A stretch of DNA of 64,000 nucleotides from an uncultured archaeon (GTDB taxonomy: Archaea; Asgardarchaeota; Lokiarchaeia; Sigyniarchaeales; SOKP01), in assembly GCA_964486045.1 (NCBI GenBank), contig CAZALK010000009.1, positions 137,309 through 201,308 on the forward strand, written 5' to 3'. Each line of letters opens with the position of its first letter. Position 1 is the stretch's first letter. A model generated the notes under the pieces. It was not told the DNA's origin. It worked only from the letters and a program-made list of their open reading frames with translations, and did no database searches. Below are positions 30,226 through 41,800 of the stretch, piece by piece. The translations under genes were made by a program, and so were the position numbers.

Positions 30226-31248
30226 ATGATTCCTTCGATAGAATGGACTTCTGATAATAAAGTCAAGATGATTGATCAGACTCTTTTACCTCACAGCCTT
30301 GAATTCTTAAAGTTTGACGATTACAGGGATGTTGCCATATCAATAAAAGTAATGAATATCCGGGGTGCTCCTGCAATAGGTGTTGCAGCTGCGATGGGTG
30401 TTGCTTTAGCGACAATTGAATTTAAAGACTTAGCAAGGGATCGCTTTCTTGAAAAAATGAGGGAAGCCGCTGATATAATTAGTAGTACAAGACCAACAGC
30501 ATCAAATTTATTTTGGGCAGTAGATAGAATTTGGAAAATAATAAGTGAATATCCAGACAATCCGAATGGGATATCTGAACTTGTTATCGAAGAAGCAAAA
30601 CTAATGGCTCAAGAAGATATCACTGTCAATAAAAGTATAGGAAAAAATGGGGCAGAATTGTTGAATGATGGCGATGTCGTGCTTACACATTGTAATGCAG
30701 GTTCTCTTGCAACAGTTCAGTATGGCACAGCATTAGCACCTGTTAGGGCTGCCATAGAACAAAGAAAGAAAATAAGCGTTATCGCAGATGAAACAAGACC
30801 CCGACTACAAGGAGCAAGACTAACTGCTTATGAGCTACATTATGATAAAATACCAGTCAGTGTAATTACCGATACTTCTTCAGGATTATTAATGAGATTA
30901 GGGAAAGTTAATAAAGTTATCGTAGGAACTGACCGAGTAACCTCGGATGCTGTATTTAATAAAATAGGAACTTATTTAGTAGCTTTAGCAGCAAAAGATA
31001 ATAACATTCCTTTCTATGTTGCTGCCCCCACTTCTACTTTGTCTCTTCATGAGACTATTAAAGATGTGACAATTGAACAACGGGATAGTAGTGAAGTAAG
31101 CAATGTGTTAGGCAAAGTTCAAATTGTTCCGGATGGTGTTGAATGCTTGAATTATGCATTTGACTTTACACCATTCAGATTGGTTACCGGTGTTATTACT
31201 GAAGATGGTGTCTTTACTCATGAGGAGCTTCTTAAAAAATACAAATAA
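30226..31248 (+). CDS. mtnA: S-methyl-5-thioribose-1-phosphate isomerase (aIF-2B family)
   Basis: IDQTLLP, IRGAPAIG, RPTA.NL, LTHCNAGSLAT, DETRP.LQGARLT and NKIGT. Confidence 0.93.
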   Translation: MIPSIEWTSDNKVKMIDQTLLPHSLEFLKFDDYRDVAISIKVMNIRGAPAIGVAAAMGVALATIEFKDLARDRFLEKMREAADIISSTRPTASNLFWAVDRIWKIISEYPDNPNGISELVIEEAKLMAQEDITVNKSIGKNGAELLNDGDVVLTHCNAGSLATVQYGTALAPVRAAIEQRKKISVIADETRPRLQGARLTAYELHYDKIPVSVITDTSSGLLMRLGKVNKVIVGTDRVTSDAVFNKIGTYLVALAAKDNNIPFYVAAPTSTLSLHETIKDVTIEQRDSSEVSNVLGKVQIVPDGVECLNYAFDFTPFRLVTGVITEDGVFTHEELLKKYK

Positions 31249-31274
31249 AGTAATGGGACTAATACTTTGAATTT

Positions 31275-32261
31275 TTACTTGTCTACGTCTTTTAATATCA
31301 TCTTTAATTGAACCAGATCTTTTGCCACACTCAATCGAGTTCTTATATCTGTAGATTTTTCAATACTTTTTGTCAACCAAATAGCATTTCTCTTCAATTC
31401 AACAAATTTATATTTTTCATTCCCAAAAGAATATGAAATGTCATCAATAAAATTATCAATGACATTCTCATAAATTTTAAAATTCTTCCTTAAAAGATCT
31501 CCATTATTCCAAAAAAAAACTTCCTTCCCCTTTGTTAAATATTCATCAATTTGATGAAAAATCATTGGATTCCCCATTGATTCTCTTCCTATCATTAAAG
31601 CATCAACTTTAGTGTAATCAATAAACTGTTTAGCAGTTTGAGGATTTGAAATATCACCATTTCCTACTAATGGAATTGTTAACAATTCTTTCAATTTTTT
31701 TACAGTATTCAGGTCCAGAGATCCTTCAAGAAAATTGCTTTTCACAGTTCTCGCATGGATAATTAAGAAGTCTATACCGGAATCGTTTACAATCTTTGAA
31801 AAAATATCAATGTTCATTGGTTGTGCGTAACCCGTTCTCACTTTTAGCGAAATTGGTCTAGAGGAATTGTTAACGGCAACCTGAAGTAATTCTTTTAATC
31901 GTTCTAAATCTTTCAACAAATAACCACCCTCACCTGCATTAATAGCTCTACGTGATGGACAACCTGCATTAAGATCTAAGACATCATATTTATAGCTTTC
32001 AAGAAAATCAATAGATGTTTTAAGAGCATTCAAATCAGATCCTATAAGTTGTATGCTTATAGGATGTTCTTCTTCTATTTTACGCAATTCATGTTCATTT
32101 AATTTTGAGTTTTTAGTAAAACTCTTAGTATAGATCATTGGCACACTAACTAATCCAATTTTTTGAAATTTTCTACAGAATCTTCTATAGGGGGCTGTGG
32201 TGACTCTTTGCATTGGTGCTAAAATATACCTGTTTGCAAGATTAAGAGTTCCTAATTTCAT
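31275..32261 (-). CDS. dus: tRNA-dihydrouridine synthase family
   Basis: LAPM, DLNAGCP, SLKVRTG, IHART, NGDI and MIGR. Confidence 0.92.
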   Translation of the reverse strand: MKLGTLNLANRYILAPMQRVTTAPYRRFCRKFQKIGLVSVPMIYTKSFTKNSKLNEHELRKIEEEHPISIQLIGSDLNALKTSIDFLESYKYDVLDLNAGCPSRRAINAGEGGYLLKDLERLKELLQVAVNNSSRPISLKVRTGYAQPMNIDIFSKIVNDSGIDFLIIHARTVKSNFLEGSLDLNTVKKLKELLTIPLVGNGDISNPQTAKQFIDYTKVDALMIGRESMGNPMIFHQIDEYLTKGKEVFFWNNGDLLRKNFKIYENVIDNFIDDISYSFGNEKYKFVELKRNAIWLTKSIEKSTDIRTRLSVAKDLVQLKMILKDVDK

Positions 32262-32369
32262 TGGTTTGAATTTAATGCTTTAGTTTTATTTCTAAATTAT
32301 TATCATGAAATTTTTTTATGGATTCAAGATTACTTAATTTAAAAACACCTTGATATATTAATTTGTAAA

Positions 32370-32867
32370 ATGTCAGATTATATTAAAAAATTTGAATTTA
32401 AAGAAAATCATAATGAAATTACTTATATCGAAGAACCCCCAATCGAACTCAATGAAGATTTTGTATTCTATCATAACAAAAGTAAAGTAAGAAAGGAATT
32501 AAACTCGCTTCAATATCTTTTTAAGTCTTTTACGAAAAATCCTCTTTTAGCTCTTGGAATTCAGGATTCCTTCCTGAAAAAAGAATATACTGATAAGTAC
32601 TTTATCATATTGTTTACTACTTCTGAACATGTCAAAAATACGAACGGGATCATAGCTGAATATATTGACATTGAAATTAATCAGGGGTGTTTTTATCTAG
32701 TAACAACCTCAGATTATATGTTACTTTTAACTGAAGACATGGACGGATTAAAATCAGGCGCAAATATAATGGAAGAGATTTTAAATCAAGTTTTAGATGA
32801 TTACTTCACTAAAAAGCAGTTTAATGATTTTATTAAAATCCGGCAGTTTAGAATAAACAAATGTTAA
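32370..32867 (+). CDS. Hypothetical protein, possibly stand-alone GH20 N-terminal zincin-like domain
   Basis: C-terminal QGCFYLVT...LLL...DGLKSG..I.Q pattern resembles the GH20 domain-2 fold. Confidence 0.5.
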   Translation: MSDYIKKFEFKENHNEITYIEEPPIELNEDFVFYHNKSKVRKELNSLQYLFKSFTKNPLLALGIQDSFLKKEYTDKYFIILFTTSEHVKNTNGIIAEYIDIEINQGCFYLVTTSDYMLLLTEDMDGLKSGANIMEEILNQVLDDYFTKKQFNDFIKIRQFRINKC

Positions 32868-32891
32868 ATATTTTAGATAAAGAATATTAAA

Positions 32892-34613
32892 TTAACTAGT
32901 AAACTTCCAAGGTTTTTGTTTCTTAAGTTTATAGGCTTTCTCTGCATACTCCATGCACATTCTGTGCGTATTAAAATAAGCCGCGAGTGATATTGCATTC
33001 TTTTGCTTAAAGATCCATTCATCGTGGTTCATGTAGGTTGGGATAACTTCATTCTCTAAAATATTATATAATGCGGTGGAATCGATATCCCAATTATTTG
33101 AAACACCCGGATCATCTGGATTTGAATCATCAGGGCCAATCGCCCATCCTGCGTTAGGTTGTCTTTTAATACCTTCAAGCCACCAACCATCTTGAACCGA
33201 TAAATTTAACACTCCATTTAAGGCTGCCTTCATCCCACTTGTACCACTTGCTTCTCGGTATCTTTCAGGAGTATTTAACCAAACGTCGACTCCAGATACA
33301 AGCATGTGAGAGAGATCCATATTATAATTTTCCATCATCACAACCTTTACTCCATAGTTATCATAAAGATATTCACCTTTTTCATGAATTTCCTTGATGT
33401 AATTTTTACCCATTGTATCTTTAGGGTGAGCCTTACCAGCAAAAATGAATTGGAGATGACCTTTAGCTATTTTACCCAATCTATCTATGTCGTGAAATAT
33501 TAAGACTGCACGCTTGTAAGTTGCAAAACGCCTACCAAATCCAATCGTTATAAGTTCTTCATCCAGTAAGTTCCATGAATGTCCTTTTTGATAACTTATC
33601 AAATTAAATTTATTTTTAATATGAGCGTCGTACAAATCAAGGTCATCAATTTCTAGAGCATTCTCAAGAACCGATGGATTCGCTCTCCAATTTGGCCATT
33701 TTCGACCAAATATTTTTCTGAAGGGTTTTGATACCCAGAAGGGTAAGTGGATTCCGTTTGTTATATGATCAATTTCATATTGAGGGAACATTTTTCTCGA
33801 AATATCTCCATGCTTTTTTGCAACACCATTTCTATATCTAGAAAGCGCCATTCCTAAAAATGTCATATTAAATTCTCCATTATCATCAGCAAGTTTTCTA
33901 ACTTCTGGAGGCATTCTATCTTCGAAAACTTTATTAACTAAATCTTGTTTAAAACGATCATGACCTGCAGGAACAGGAGTATGAGTTGTAAACGCTACTT
34001 TTTCTTTTACTTTTTCAATGTCACCATTCATCATGTTGTATAATTCAACCATTGCGAAGGATCCGTGACCTTCATTAAGATGATATGTTTCAATATTGTT
34101 AAATCCCAAGAATTTTAAAAGTCTTACCCCTCCTATACCTAGTATCATTTCTTGTACAATTCTGTTCCATCGGGAAGTAGAATCATAAAGAGAACCAGTC
34201 ATATTCTTCATCCAATCTTCATTTCCTTCAATATCCGTAGTTAAAAGGTATATAGGGAGAATATGCCCAGATTGACCGATTACATTATACTGCCATGCTG
34301 ATATTTTTATATCCTTGTTTTCTATTTTCATAGTTATAGGATGTGAAACCCTATCAAATTCATAAAAGAAGTTCCATTCAATTTCACGCTCTTTTTGTTC
34401 ACCAAACTCATTAAAAAACTGATAAAAGTAACCCGAACTGTAGCATAAACAAATTCCAACCATTGGTAATTCTAAATCTGCTGCAGATCTTATAGTGTCT
34501 CCAGATAGCACTCCTAAACCTCCACTATATGTTGGAATATTGCTATCGACTCCAATTTCCATGGAGATATAAGCGACTGTGGTGTTATTTTTTAGATCTT
34601 TGTCCACATCCAT
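32892..34613 (-). CDS. glgP: Alpha-glucan (glycogen/maltodextrin) phosphorylase
   Basis: YSGGLGVL.GD, HLNEGH, FTTHTPVPAGHD, RRFATYKR and EASGTSGMK. Confidence 0.96.
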   Translation of the reverse strand: MDVDKDLKNNTTVAYISMEIGVDSNIPTYSGGLGVLSGDTIRSAADLELPMVGICLCYSSGYFYQFFNEFGEQKEREIEWNFFYEFDRVSHPITMKIENKDIKISAWQYNVIGQSGHILPIYLLTTDIEGNEDWMKNMTGSLYDSTSRWNRIVQEMILGIGGVRLLKFLGFNNIETYHLNEGHGSFAMVELYNMMNGDIEKVKEKVAFTTHTPVPAGHDRFKQDLVNKVFEDRMPPEVRKLADDNGEFNMTFLGMALSRYRNGVAKKHGDISRKMFPQYEIDHITNGIHLPFWVSKPFRKIFGRKWPNWRANPSVLENALEIDDLDLYDAHIKNKFNLISYQKGHSWNLLDEELITIGFGRRFATYKRAVLIFHDIDRLGKIAKGHLQFIFAGKAHPKDTMGKNYIKEIHEKGEYLYDNYGVKVVMMENYNMDLSHMLVSGVDVWLNTPERYREASGTSGMKAALNGVLNLSVQDGWWLEGIKRQPNAGWAIGPDDSNPDDPGVSNNWDIDSTALYNILENEVIPTYMNHDEWIFKQKNAISLAAYFNTHRMCMEYAEKAYKLKKQKPWKFTS

Positions 34614-34769
34614 ATTTTTTCACAATCTTAAAGTTTTAAATTTAATCTATACAAATCAATCCAGAATTTTATATATTAGTGTTAAAAACCATAATTTAAA
34701 ATCTTATCTTATTAAAAACTGACATATGATAATGAACATAAACAAAAAAAAGGTTTATAAATAAGATAT

Positions 34770-35654
34770 TCATTTCATTTTAGCTATATCTTCATTCATT
34801 CGTCGCCTAAGTGCTTCAAAGTCTTCAATACCTAATCTTTTTCCCATTTCCTCTGAATTTGTTTGATTTTCAAAAAAATCTCTCCCCCCTATCAACCCTC
34901 CATCAACTACTAATGGGTGTCCACTAACAAAAGCAGAATCATCACTCGCTAACCATAGTACTGCTTTTGCGATATCTTCTGGAAGACCAGCACGTTTTAT
35001 TGGTTGCAGTCCAGCAAGATACATTTTCATACCTTCTTTAAATCTTTCAGCCTTATCCTGTTCAAAACCGAGACTTTTTCCAAAGATAGCTGTGGCTATT
35101 CCCCCAGGACAAATACAATTAACACGAATGTTAAATTCTCCTAATTCCATAGCTACTGTTCGAGTTAAATGAATAATTGCAGCTTTAGCGGAACTATATA
35201 CATGTCCTGCTAGACCAGTCCGAAGACCTGCTGTGCTCGCAGTGCTAATAATGCTTCCCGAACCTTGTTCTTTCATAATCGGAGCTGCATGCTTCATCCC
35301 AAGAAAGACACTGCGAAACATTATTTCCATTGTGACATCGAAGCCATCAGTGGGAATCTCATCAATAGGTCCACCAACGCCAGGAAATCCCGCATTGTTA
35401 AAAATACAGTCCAAACGCCCAAATCTCTCAACAGCAAGGTCGATAAGAGCCTTGATCTCAGATTCATTTCGAACATCTGTGTGAAGATATATAGAATTAG
35501 GCCCAAGTTCTTCAGCGAGAGCTTCTCCTAAATTATCTTGAATATCTCCGAAAGCAACTCGCGCTCCCTCCTCAACAAATAGGCGAACAGAGGCATTTCC
35601 TATACCACTAGAGCCACCGGTAATTACGACAACTTTCCCATCAAGCCTACTCAA
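34770..35654 (-). CDS. Short-chain dehydrogenase/reductase
   Basis: TGGSSGIG, NNAG, YSSAK and IRVNCICPG. Confidence 0.95.
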   Translation of the reverse strand: MSRLDGKVVVITGGSSGIGNASVRLFVEEGARVAFGDIQDNLGEALAEELGPNSIYLHTDVRNESEIKALIDLAVERFGRLDCIFNNAGFPGVGGPIDEIPTDGFDVTMEIMFRSVFLGMKHAAPIMKEQGSGSIISTASTAGLRTGLAGHVYSSAKAAIIHLTRTVAMELGEFNIRVNCICPGGIATAIFGKSLGFEQDKAERFKEGMKMYLAGLQPIKRAGLPEDIAKAVLWLASDDSAFVSGHPLVVDGGLIGGRDFFENQTNSEEMGKRLGIEDFEALRRRMNEDIAKMK

Positions 35655-35785
35655 ATTTTTCCATCTCTTTTTCAGTTATACATTTTAGAATTTACTTTTA
35701 ATTTATTTAATATCATTTGAATTTACAAATTATTATAGATTTACTTTGTAAACAGATTTAAAAAAGAAAAGAGTAAAAATAGAAA

Positions 35786-36439
35786 TTATACTTTTAGCGA
35801 CTTATCACTTAGGATTTCAACTTTTATGTTAGGATCCTTTTTATTCAGTAGTTCTTTAAATTCATTCATATCCTTTCCCCAATTATGCATAGGGACTGCG
35901 ATTTCAGGCTTAATGTCAACAGCACAATCGGTAGCCTCATCAAAATCCATCGTATACGTACCTCCACAGGGGAGTAATGCTACAGTAATGTTCTTGTCTG
36001 CCAAATCCTTCATTTCAGGGATTCTTTCAGTATCACCTGCATGATAAACACTTTTACCCCCTGACCTTACAATTGTACCAGCCCACCCACTTGATTTAGG
36101 GTGGTTTGATTTTTTTACATTATACGAAGGTATAAGTTCGATTGAAAGATCCTTATAATCAAAAGAATCACCTAATCTAATCCCTTGACCATCAAATTTT
36201 TTCAAATTGCTTGAAATACTCTCGGGGCCTAATACAACAGTATCGTCTTTCATTAATTTCTTTATACTTCCAGAATCAAAATGGTCAGGATGAGAATGAG
36301 ATGAAACTATGATATCTGCTTTCTCTTCACCATCTTTTATCTGGTAGGGATCTAAATAAATAACTCTTCCACTACCGGTTTTAACTCTAAAAGCTGCATG
36401 TCCTAACCACTCAATTTGAAGTTGATAATCATCTCCCAT
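35786..36439 (-). CDS. MBL-fold metallo-hydrolase
   Basis: WLGHAAF, SHSHPDH, YHAGDT and PMHNW. Confidence 0.93.
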   Translation of the reverse strand: MGDDYQLQIEWLGHAAFRVKTGSGRVIYLDPYQIKDGEEKADIIVSSHSHPDHFDSGSIKKLMKDDTVVLGPESISSNLKKFDGQGIRLGDSFDYKDLSIELIPSYNVKKSNHPKSSGWAGTIVRSGGKSVYHAGDTERIPEMKDLADKNITVALLPCGGTYTMDFDEATDCAVDIKPEIAVPMHNWGKDMNEFKELLNKKDPNIKVEILSDKSLKV

Positions 36440-36564
36440 TTAATTCACCTCTTAAATATTTTACAGATCAATTTATAATTTATTATTATGATTTAATCCT
36501 TTAAATTACTAACGTAAAAAGAATAAAACAAAATGAATTACTGTACAATCTTATTTAAGAGAAA

Positions 36565-36945
36565 CTACTCTTCTTCTTCAAACTGCCATTCAGGGTTTTC
36601 GAGCGGAATTTTCTTGGAAATCCCGTAATTATCATCTTTTGAGATATCTAACTCTTTTGCTCTTTCAAGGAATAATCTATTTACAAAATTGGGGACTTCA
36701 TTTATGAATGGTGGTTTAGGTATAAGATTAAGAGAAGGATGAGTAATATTCAATTTTTTTACGGTTATTTCTTTTGAGAATATATCTTTAAGTCGATTGT
36801 CTTTTTTGAAAATAGGGCTTTCGATCTTGAAAGCGGGTGACTTCAAGCTCTTAATGGAATTAATTGGTAAAGTAGATTTTACAATTCGGCAAGTTGGACA
36901 ATTATTTTCATCTAAACCATGTACACAAGTCATTTTTCTAAACAC
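36565..36945 (-). CDS. Hypothetical protein with N-terminal CxH...CxxC Zn motif
   Basis: CVHGLDENNCPTC; the likely start is the internal ATG (MTC). Confidence 0.65.
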   Translation of the reverse strand: MFRKMTCVHGLDENNCPTCRIVKSTLPINSIKSLKSPAFKIESPIFKKDNRLKDIFSKEITVKKLNITHPSLNLIPKPPFINEVPNFVNRLFLERAKELDISKDDNYGISKKIPLENPEWQFEEEE

Positions 36946-37160
36946 TCTTAGTTTTTTTGAATTCTTAGTATTTCGAATTAATTGTATCTTTTAATTTTTT
37001 TCATTATAATTTCTTAGCAATCGAACCTTCTCAGATCAGAAATCTAGTTTCATGAAATTCCAAATTCGATATTATTTTTTATAAACTTTATAAATTTAAG
37101 CTAACTTTAATTAATATTTAACCAACAAATTTACAAAATGTAATCTAATTGATATAAATC

Positions 37161-38945
37161 ATGAAAAGTGTAATTAAGATGGCAGAATGGCAAGTTGACG
37201 AAGATAAAGCTTGGTTTAAGAAATGGTGGCCCAAAGATACTCCAAAAAACCATAAGTTTGAAAAAATCTCATTAGGAGAGTTTTTTGATAGACAAAGAAA
37301 GAAGTATGCTAATGATAATATGATGTGGTTTCTAGAATCATGGATGACATATGAGGAAGCAGGGCAAGCCATTGATTCTTTAGCGACCGCACTCCATAAT
37401 CTAGGAATAAAGAAAGGAGATGTTATTGCGTTTTTGATGCCAAATAGTTTTCAATACGTGATATCCTTTTATGCAACTCTTAAAATAGGTGCAATAGCTA
37501 CGGGAGTTAATCCAACTTACAAATCATTAGAGGTATTACATCACCTTAAATTAACTGGTGCTAAAGTACTAATAGCACTAGACGCATTGTTTGAAGAATT
37601 AGTCCATCCAATTATTAGCAAAACAAATATAGAGATGGTAATTTATACAAATATTGCTGATTTAGCATCAGGGATCCCCGGATTCAAGAAAGTATTAGGA
37701 AAGTTGATTGGAAAGATACCCAAAGGGAAAGTTGATTTTCCAAGCGCGATTAAGTTCTCAGATCTCCTTTTAACAGAACCAGATCTTCCAAAAGTAGATT
37801 TTGATCCATTTGAACACACTGCGACATATATAATGACTGGTGGAACAACTGGAGTGCCCAAAGCTACAATATTGACACATTTTAACTTAGTTTCGAATTC
37901 AACTCAGGCTATGTTATGGGTTGGGGGAGAAGACCCAGGTGTGGGGGTTATTGGAGCATTACCTTTATTTCATTCGTTTGCTATGACAGCGGTTATGAAT
38001 GTGGCAATAACTTTGGGTGGGTGGATGATGTTGTTTCCAAGGCCACCTCCAACTGAAGAGTTTTTAAAAGAAATCACCCATATTCCGGCTCCTAATGGAT
38101 TATTTTATGCTGGTGCAGAAATACTCTTTAAAAGAATTGCCGATTTCCCTCATTTAGAAAAGTTTCCAGAATTAATGGGTAGATTGAAGCTTTCAATTTC
38201 AGGAGCAGGACCTTTACACGCTCCCGTTCGAGATTCTTTTGAAAAAAATACTGGTGGTCGCATAGTTGAAGGATATGGACTTTCAGAAGCAAGTCCTGTT
38301 GTAAGCGGGGGAAATTTATTTGGTGAAAGTCCTGTGGGTACAATTGGAATGCCCTTTCCGGGTACTGATTGGGGGATTTTCGATGTGGATGACTTTTCGA
38401 AAGGACCAATAGCAGATGGATCTAAAGATTCAAAATATGGTGAAGACAACACAGGTGAGTTGTGTGTGTGCGGACCTCAAGTAATGAAAGGTTATTTAGG
38501 TCAGCCAGAAGAGACAGAAGATACTCTAAAAGCATGGGATGATCGAACTTGGTTACTTACGGGAGATATTGGATTTATGAATAAAGATGGAACTGTAGCT
38601 CTTAGAGATAGAAAGAAGCAATTAATTAAGGTTGCAGGTCATTCTGTCTATCCCGCAGAAGTTGAGACTATGCTTATGAGCAATGATGCTGTATCAGAAG
38701 CAGCAGTTGCAGGTTTACCCGACCCAAAAGGAAAAGTTGGAGAAATAACGAAAGCGTGGGTTGCTCTAAATCCGGAGTATGAAGGTAAAATAACTGAAGA
38801 AGAACTAATAAAATGGACAGAGAAAAACATGACAAAGTGGAAATGTCCTGCCATGATAGAATTCATTGACGAAGTCCCAAAAAATATACTCGGAAAAATT
38901 CAACGTCGAGTTCTACAGGAAGCAGATCCATTATATAAGAAATAA
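37161..38945 (+). CDS. fadD: Long-chain fatty-acid--CoA ligase (AMP-binding)
   Basis: TGGTTGVPK, EGYGLSE, GPQVMKGY, TGDIG and GKIQRR. Confidence 0.93.
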   Translation: MKSVIKMAEWQVDEDKAWFKKWWPKDTPKNHKFEKISLGEFFDRQRKKYANDNMMWFLESWMTYEEAGQAIDSLATALHNLGIKKGDVIAFLMPNSFQYVISFYATLKIGAIATGVNPTYKSLEVLHHLKLTGAKVLIALDALFEELVHPIISKTNIEMVIYTNIADLASGIPGFKKVLGKLIGKIPKGKVDFPSAIKFSDLLLTEPDLPKVDFDPFEHTATYIMTGGTTGVPKATILTHFNLVSNSTQAMLWVGGEDPGVGVIGALPLFHSFAMTAVMNVAITLGGWMMLFPRPPPTEEFLKEITHIPAPNGLFYAGAEILFKRIADFPHLEKFPELMGRLKLSISGAGPLHAPVRDSFEKNTGGRIVEGYGLSEASPVVSGGNLFGESPVGTIGMPFPGTDWGIFDVDDFSKGPIADGSKDSKYGEDNTGELCVCGPQVMKGYLGQPEETEDTLKAWDDRTWLLTGDIGFMNKDGTVALRDRKKQLIKVAGHSVYPAEVETMLMSNDAVSEAAVAGLPDPKGKVGEITKAWVALNPEYEGKITEEELIKWTEKNMTKWKCPAMIEFIDEVPKNILGKIQRRVLQEADPLYKK

Positions 38946-39095
38946 CCTATTTTTTTAATCTTTTTTTACTGTATACTGAATTTCTTAGAAGTTAAGTGGT
39001 TTATATAATTCCTTTGATCATTATTTGGAGACAATCAAAAATTTTTTTACTTAAATTTAATTAAATTAACCAAAGAATACTAAAATTCATCAATT

Positions 39096-40238
39096 ATGAC
39101 AAAAGGAATTATAATTTCTGGAGGGTGGGGCACCCGCTTACGACCTTTAACATGTACACTCCCCAAATCCTTAATTCCAGTAGTGAATAAACCGGTGTTA
39201 GAGCGTCAGATATTATTACTGAAATCTGCTGGAATAACTGATATTATTTTAGCTGTAAGTGTGATGGCTGATGTATTAAAGAATTATTTCAAAGATGGTA
39301 AGGATTTAGGAGTAAAAATTCGATATACTGATGAAAGACACCCAATGGGGACCGCTGGCGCGATTAAATTAGCTGAGAATTACTTAAGTGACGACAATTT
39401 CTTTATGTTGAACGGAGATGTTATCTTAAACTTTGATTTTAGACACCTGATTAAGGACCATAAAAAGTATAAGGGATTAGGTTTAATTGGTGGTAAAATA
39501 GTTGAAGACCCATCCAGATATGGGGTTTTAATCATTGAAGAGAAAACAAATAAAATCTTAAAATTTCTTGAAAAGGATGAGTATACAACTCCCGAAGGTA
39601 ATTATAGTTCAATACCAGTAAACGCTGGTGTATATCTCTTAGAACCCGAAATTTTCAATTACATTGAACTGGGGAAAAAAATATCAATTGAAAGAGAAAT
39701 TTTTCCTAAACTGGCATCTGAGGGACAATTATATTACTCTCTTATACCCGGAATATGGAAAGACATTGGAAATCCTGAAGAACTATTAGAGGGAAATATT
39801 CAACTAATGCAGGATATTTTGAAAGGTATTGATGAACTACCTAAAAACCTAATTGACGATAATTTTGATATTGAAGGTAAAGCTCTAATTTATCCTCCTG
39901 TGACTATCGGGAAGAACGTTACAATACGAAGTAATTGTGAAATAGGTCCAAATGTTATTGTCGGAAATAATGTATATATCGGTGAAAACACAAAAATAAA
40001 AGAAACATTGATCTATAATGAAACTTACATTTCTAAAAACGTAAATATTGACAAGGCTATTATATCTGATAATTGCTTTATTCATAACGGAGTAATTCTT
40101 AAGGGAAAAGATAAAAACCTAGTCATATTAGCCTCCTACGTGGAAGTACTTGAAAATGTTGATCTAAATGCACCTTCAAATAATTCTTTAACAGTATGTC
40201 ATCATGAAACTGTGAGAAAAGATTTTGAGGTCAGTTAA
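39096..40238 (+). CDS. NDP-sugar pyrophosphorylase (mannose-1-P guanylyltransferase-like)
   Basis: GGWGTRLRPLT..PK, GTAG, NGD and WKDIG, with a C-terminal hexapeptide beta-helix. Confidence 0.92.
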   Translation: MTKGIIISGGWGTRLRPLTCTLPKSLIPVVNKPVLERQILLLKSAGITDIILAVSVMADVLKNYFKDGKDLGVKIRYTDERHPMGTAGAIKLAENYLSDDNFFMLNGDVILNFDFRHLIKDHKKYKGLGLIGGKIVEDPSRYGVLIIEEKTNKILKFLEKDEYTTPEGNYSSIPVNAGVYLLEPEIFNYIELGKKISIEREIFPKLASEGQLYYSLIPGIWKDIGNPEELLEGNIQLMQDILKGIDELPKNLIDDNFDIEGKALIYPPVTIGKNVTIRSNCEIGPNVIVGNNVYIGENTKIKETLIYNETYISKNVNIDKAIISDNCFIHNGVILKGKDKNLVILASYVEVLENVDLNAPSNNSLTVCHHETVRKDFEVS

Positions 40239-41602
40239 ATTTCAGCACGGAGTTTTATAATCTTTTTCTTCAATTTCTTTATTCGAGAATCAGATATATT
40301 AAAGATAAGGAAACTTTCTAATATTTTTAGAGCCTTTTGATAATTATTAATACTGTTTAAATAATCTGAGTTCTTTTCAGCGTTTTCCCCTGCTTTAAGA
40401 ACAAATTCTAATTCTAACTGCTTCTCTTTATTTTCAAGGTCTAATAACTGTTGTGAGATTTTGCTGATATCATCTTTAAAGTTAAATTCTCTGGCTAAAT
40501 AAAGAGCTTTTTTATATTCTTTTGCTGCTATCTGGTATGCTAGAGTCTTCTCCGCATTTTTACCATTTTTAATGGCCTTTCTAATCAGATGCTTTGCTGA
40601 ATTCTGACTTATTTCCCCTGTTTGAAGGTCTTCGATTTGTGAATTATCGGTAATTATGGAAGAAATTGATTTATATTTAGTCATTTTTTCTGATATTGCT
40701 TCCTGCTTCAATTCAATATCATTGGCTACAGTTTCCAGATTTGTTGAAATAATAATTCCATTTTCTATAAGCTGATATATTTCATAAAGAATTATGTTCG
40801 CATCGAGATTCACTATTTTCTTGACTCTTTTTAATAAATTGTTAATAAACAAAAACTGTTTGGAAACAAGAAGTTCTTTTGCTAAATTTACTATTGCTTT
40901 TTGAATTTGGTTTTCATTAATTTTTTCAATATTGTTCGGAGGTATACTGTGTACTAGAGACATAGGGAATACTAACGTAATTTTTAATGCATCTACTAAG
41001 TATTCAATCATATTGTCAGCATTAAAAGATCCAGATTTCTTAAAATTTGTAATTTGTTTATTAAAAATTTCTTCATATTCCTGTAGAAATTGAAGCACAT
41101 CAGTTCGCATATTATTAGAAGCTTGTTGATCGAGAATCAAACAAAGTCTAATAAAATTTCCATCTTTAAGTAATATATTGAAATTTTGATATTGGAATTC
41201 ATAAAATTGACGGTTCTTCGCATACCTTGAGCCATTAAGTGAAACTTTCTCCGATTCTGAAAAAGTAATGTTTGCTTGAATGAATCCACTTAATAAATCT
41301 GCATCTACCTCCGCACCTAAAACAGAGTAATTTAGTAATTGTAAACCTGAGTCTTTATCGATTAATAGAATGTGTCTTATATTCAAAACATCTAAAAATT
41401 TCTGCCATATTAATTCTCTTTCTACTTGAAGGTGTTTTTCATAGGAGTCTAACTCAAAAACCTTAAAATTTGAATCAATCTCAAAACCTAGTTCTTTAAT
41501 CTTCTTTTTAAGGCATGACATACAATATTTAGGGTACTTTTGGCACTTAGATTTACTCGTTCCACAATTAAATCCCAAGCGATTAAGTTCAAAATAAACC
41601 AT
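40235..41602 (-). CDS. Longin-like domain protein with N-terminal Cys motif and C-terminal TPR/MIT-like helices
   Basis: ILLIDKDSGLQLL...DADLLSGFIQA longin-like segment; repeated A...Y.KAL helices. Confidence 0.62.
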   Translation of the reverse strand: MVYFELNRLGFNCGTSKSKCQKYPKYCMSCLKKKIKELGFEIDSNFKVFELDSYEKHLQVERELIWQKFLDVLNIRHILLIDKDSGLQLLNYSVLGAEVDADLLSGFIQANITFSESEKVSLNGSRYAKNRQFYEFQYQNFNILLKDGNFIRLCLILDQQASNNMRTDVLQFLQEYEEIFNKQITNFKKSGSFNADNMIEYLVDALKITLVFPMSLVHSIPPNNIEKINENQIQKAIVNLAKELLVSKQFLFINNLLKRVKKIVNLDANIILYEIYQLIENGIIISTNLETVANDIELKQEAISEKMTKYKSISSIITDNSQIEDLQTGEISQNSAKHLIRKAIKNGKNAEKTLAYQIAAKEYKKALYLAREFNFKDDISKISQQLLDLENKEKQLELEFVLKAGENAEKNSDYLNSINNYQKALKILESFLIFNISDSRIKKLKKKIIKLRAEI

Positions 41603-41800
41603 AAAAACCCCAAAAAGATTAGAAGTTGACTAATTCCTATATTTTCCTTATAAGGATTTAAGTAGATTTTGACCATTTAAAATTGAGTATTTAAAGTATG
41701 AGTACTCTTTGATAACACGAAATATTTATAATATCAATTTACAATTTATAAACTACGAACATATGGGATTAAATATACTTATGTCCGAAGGATGAATTAA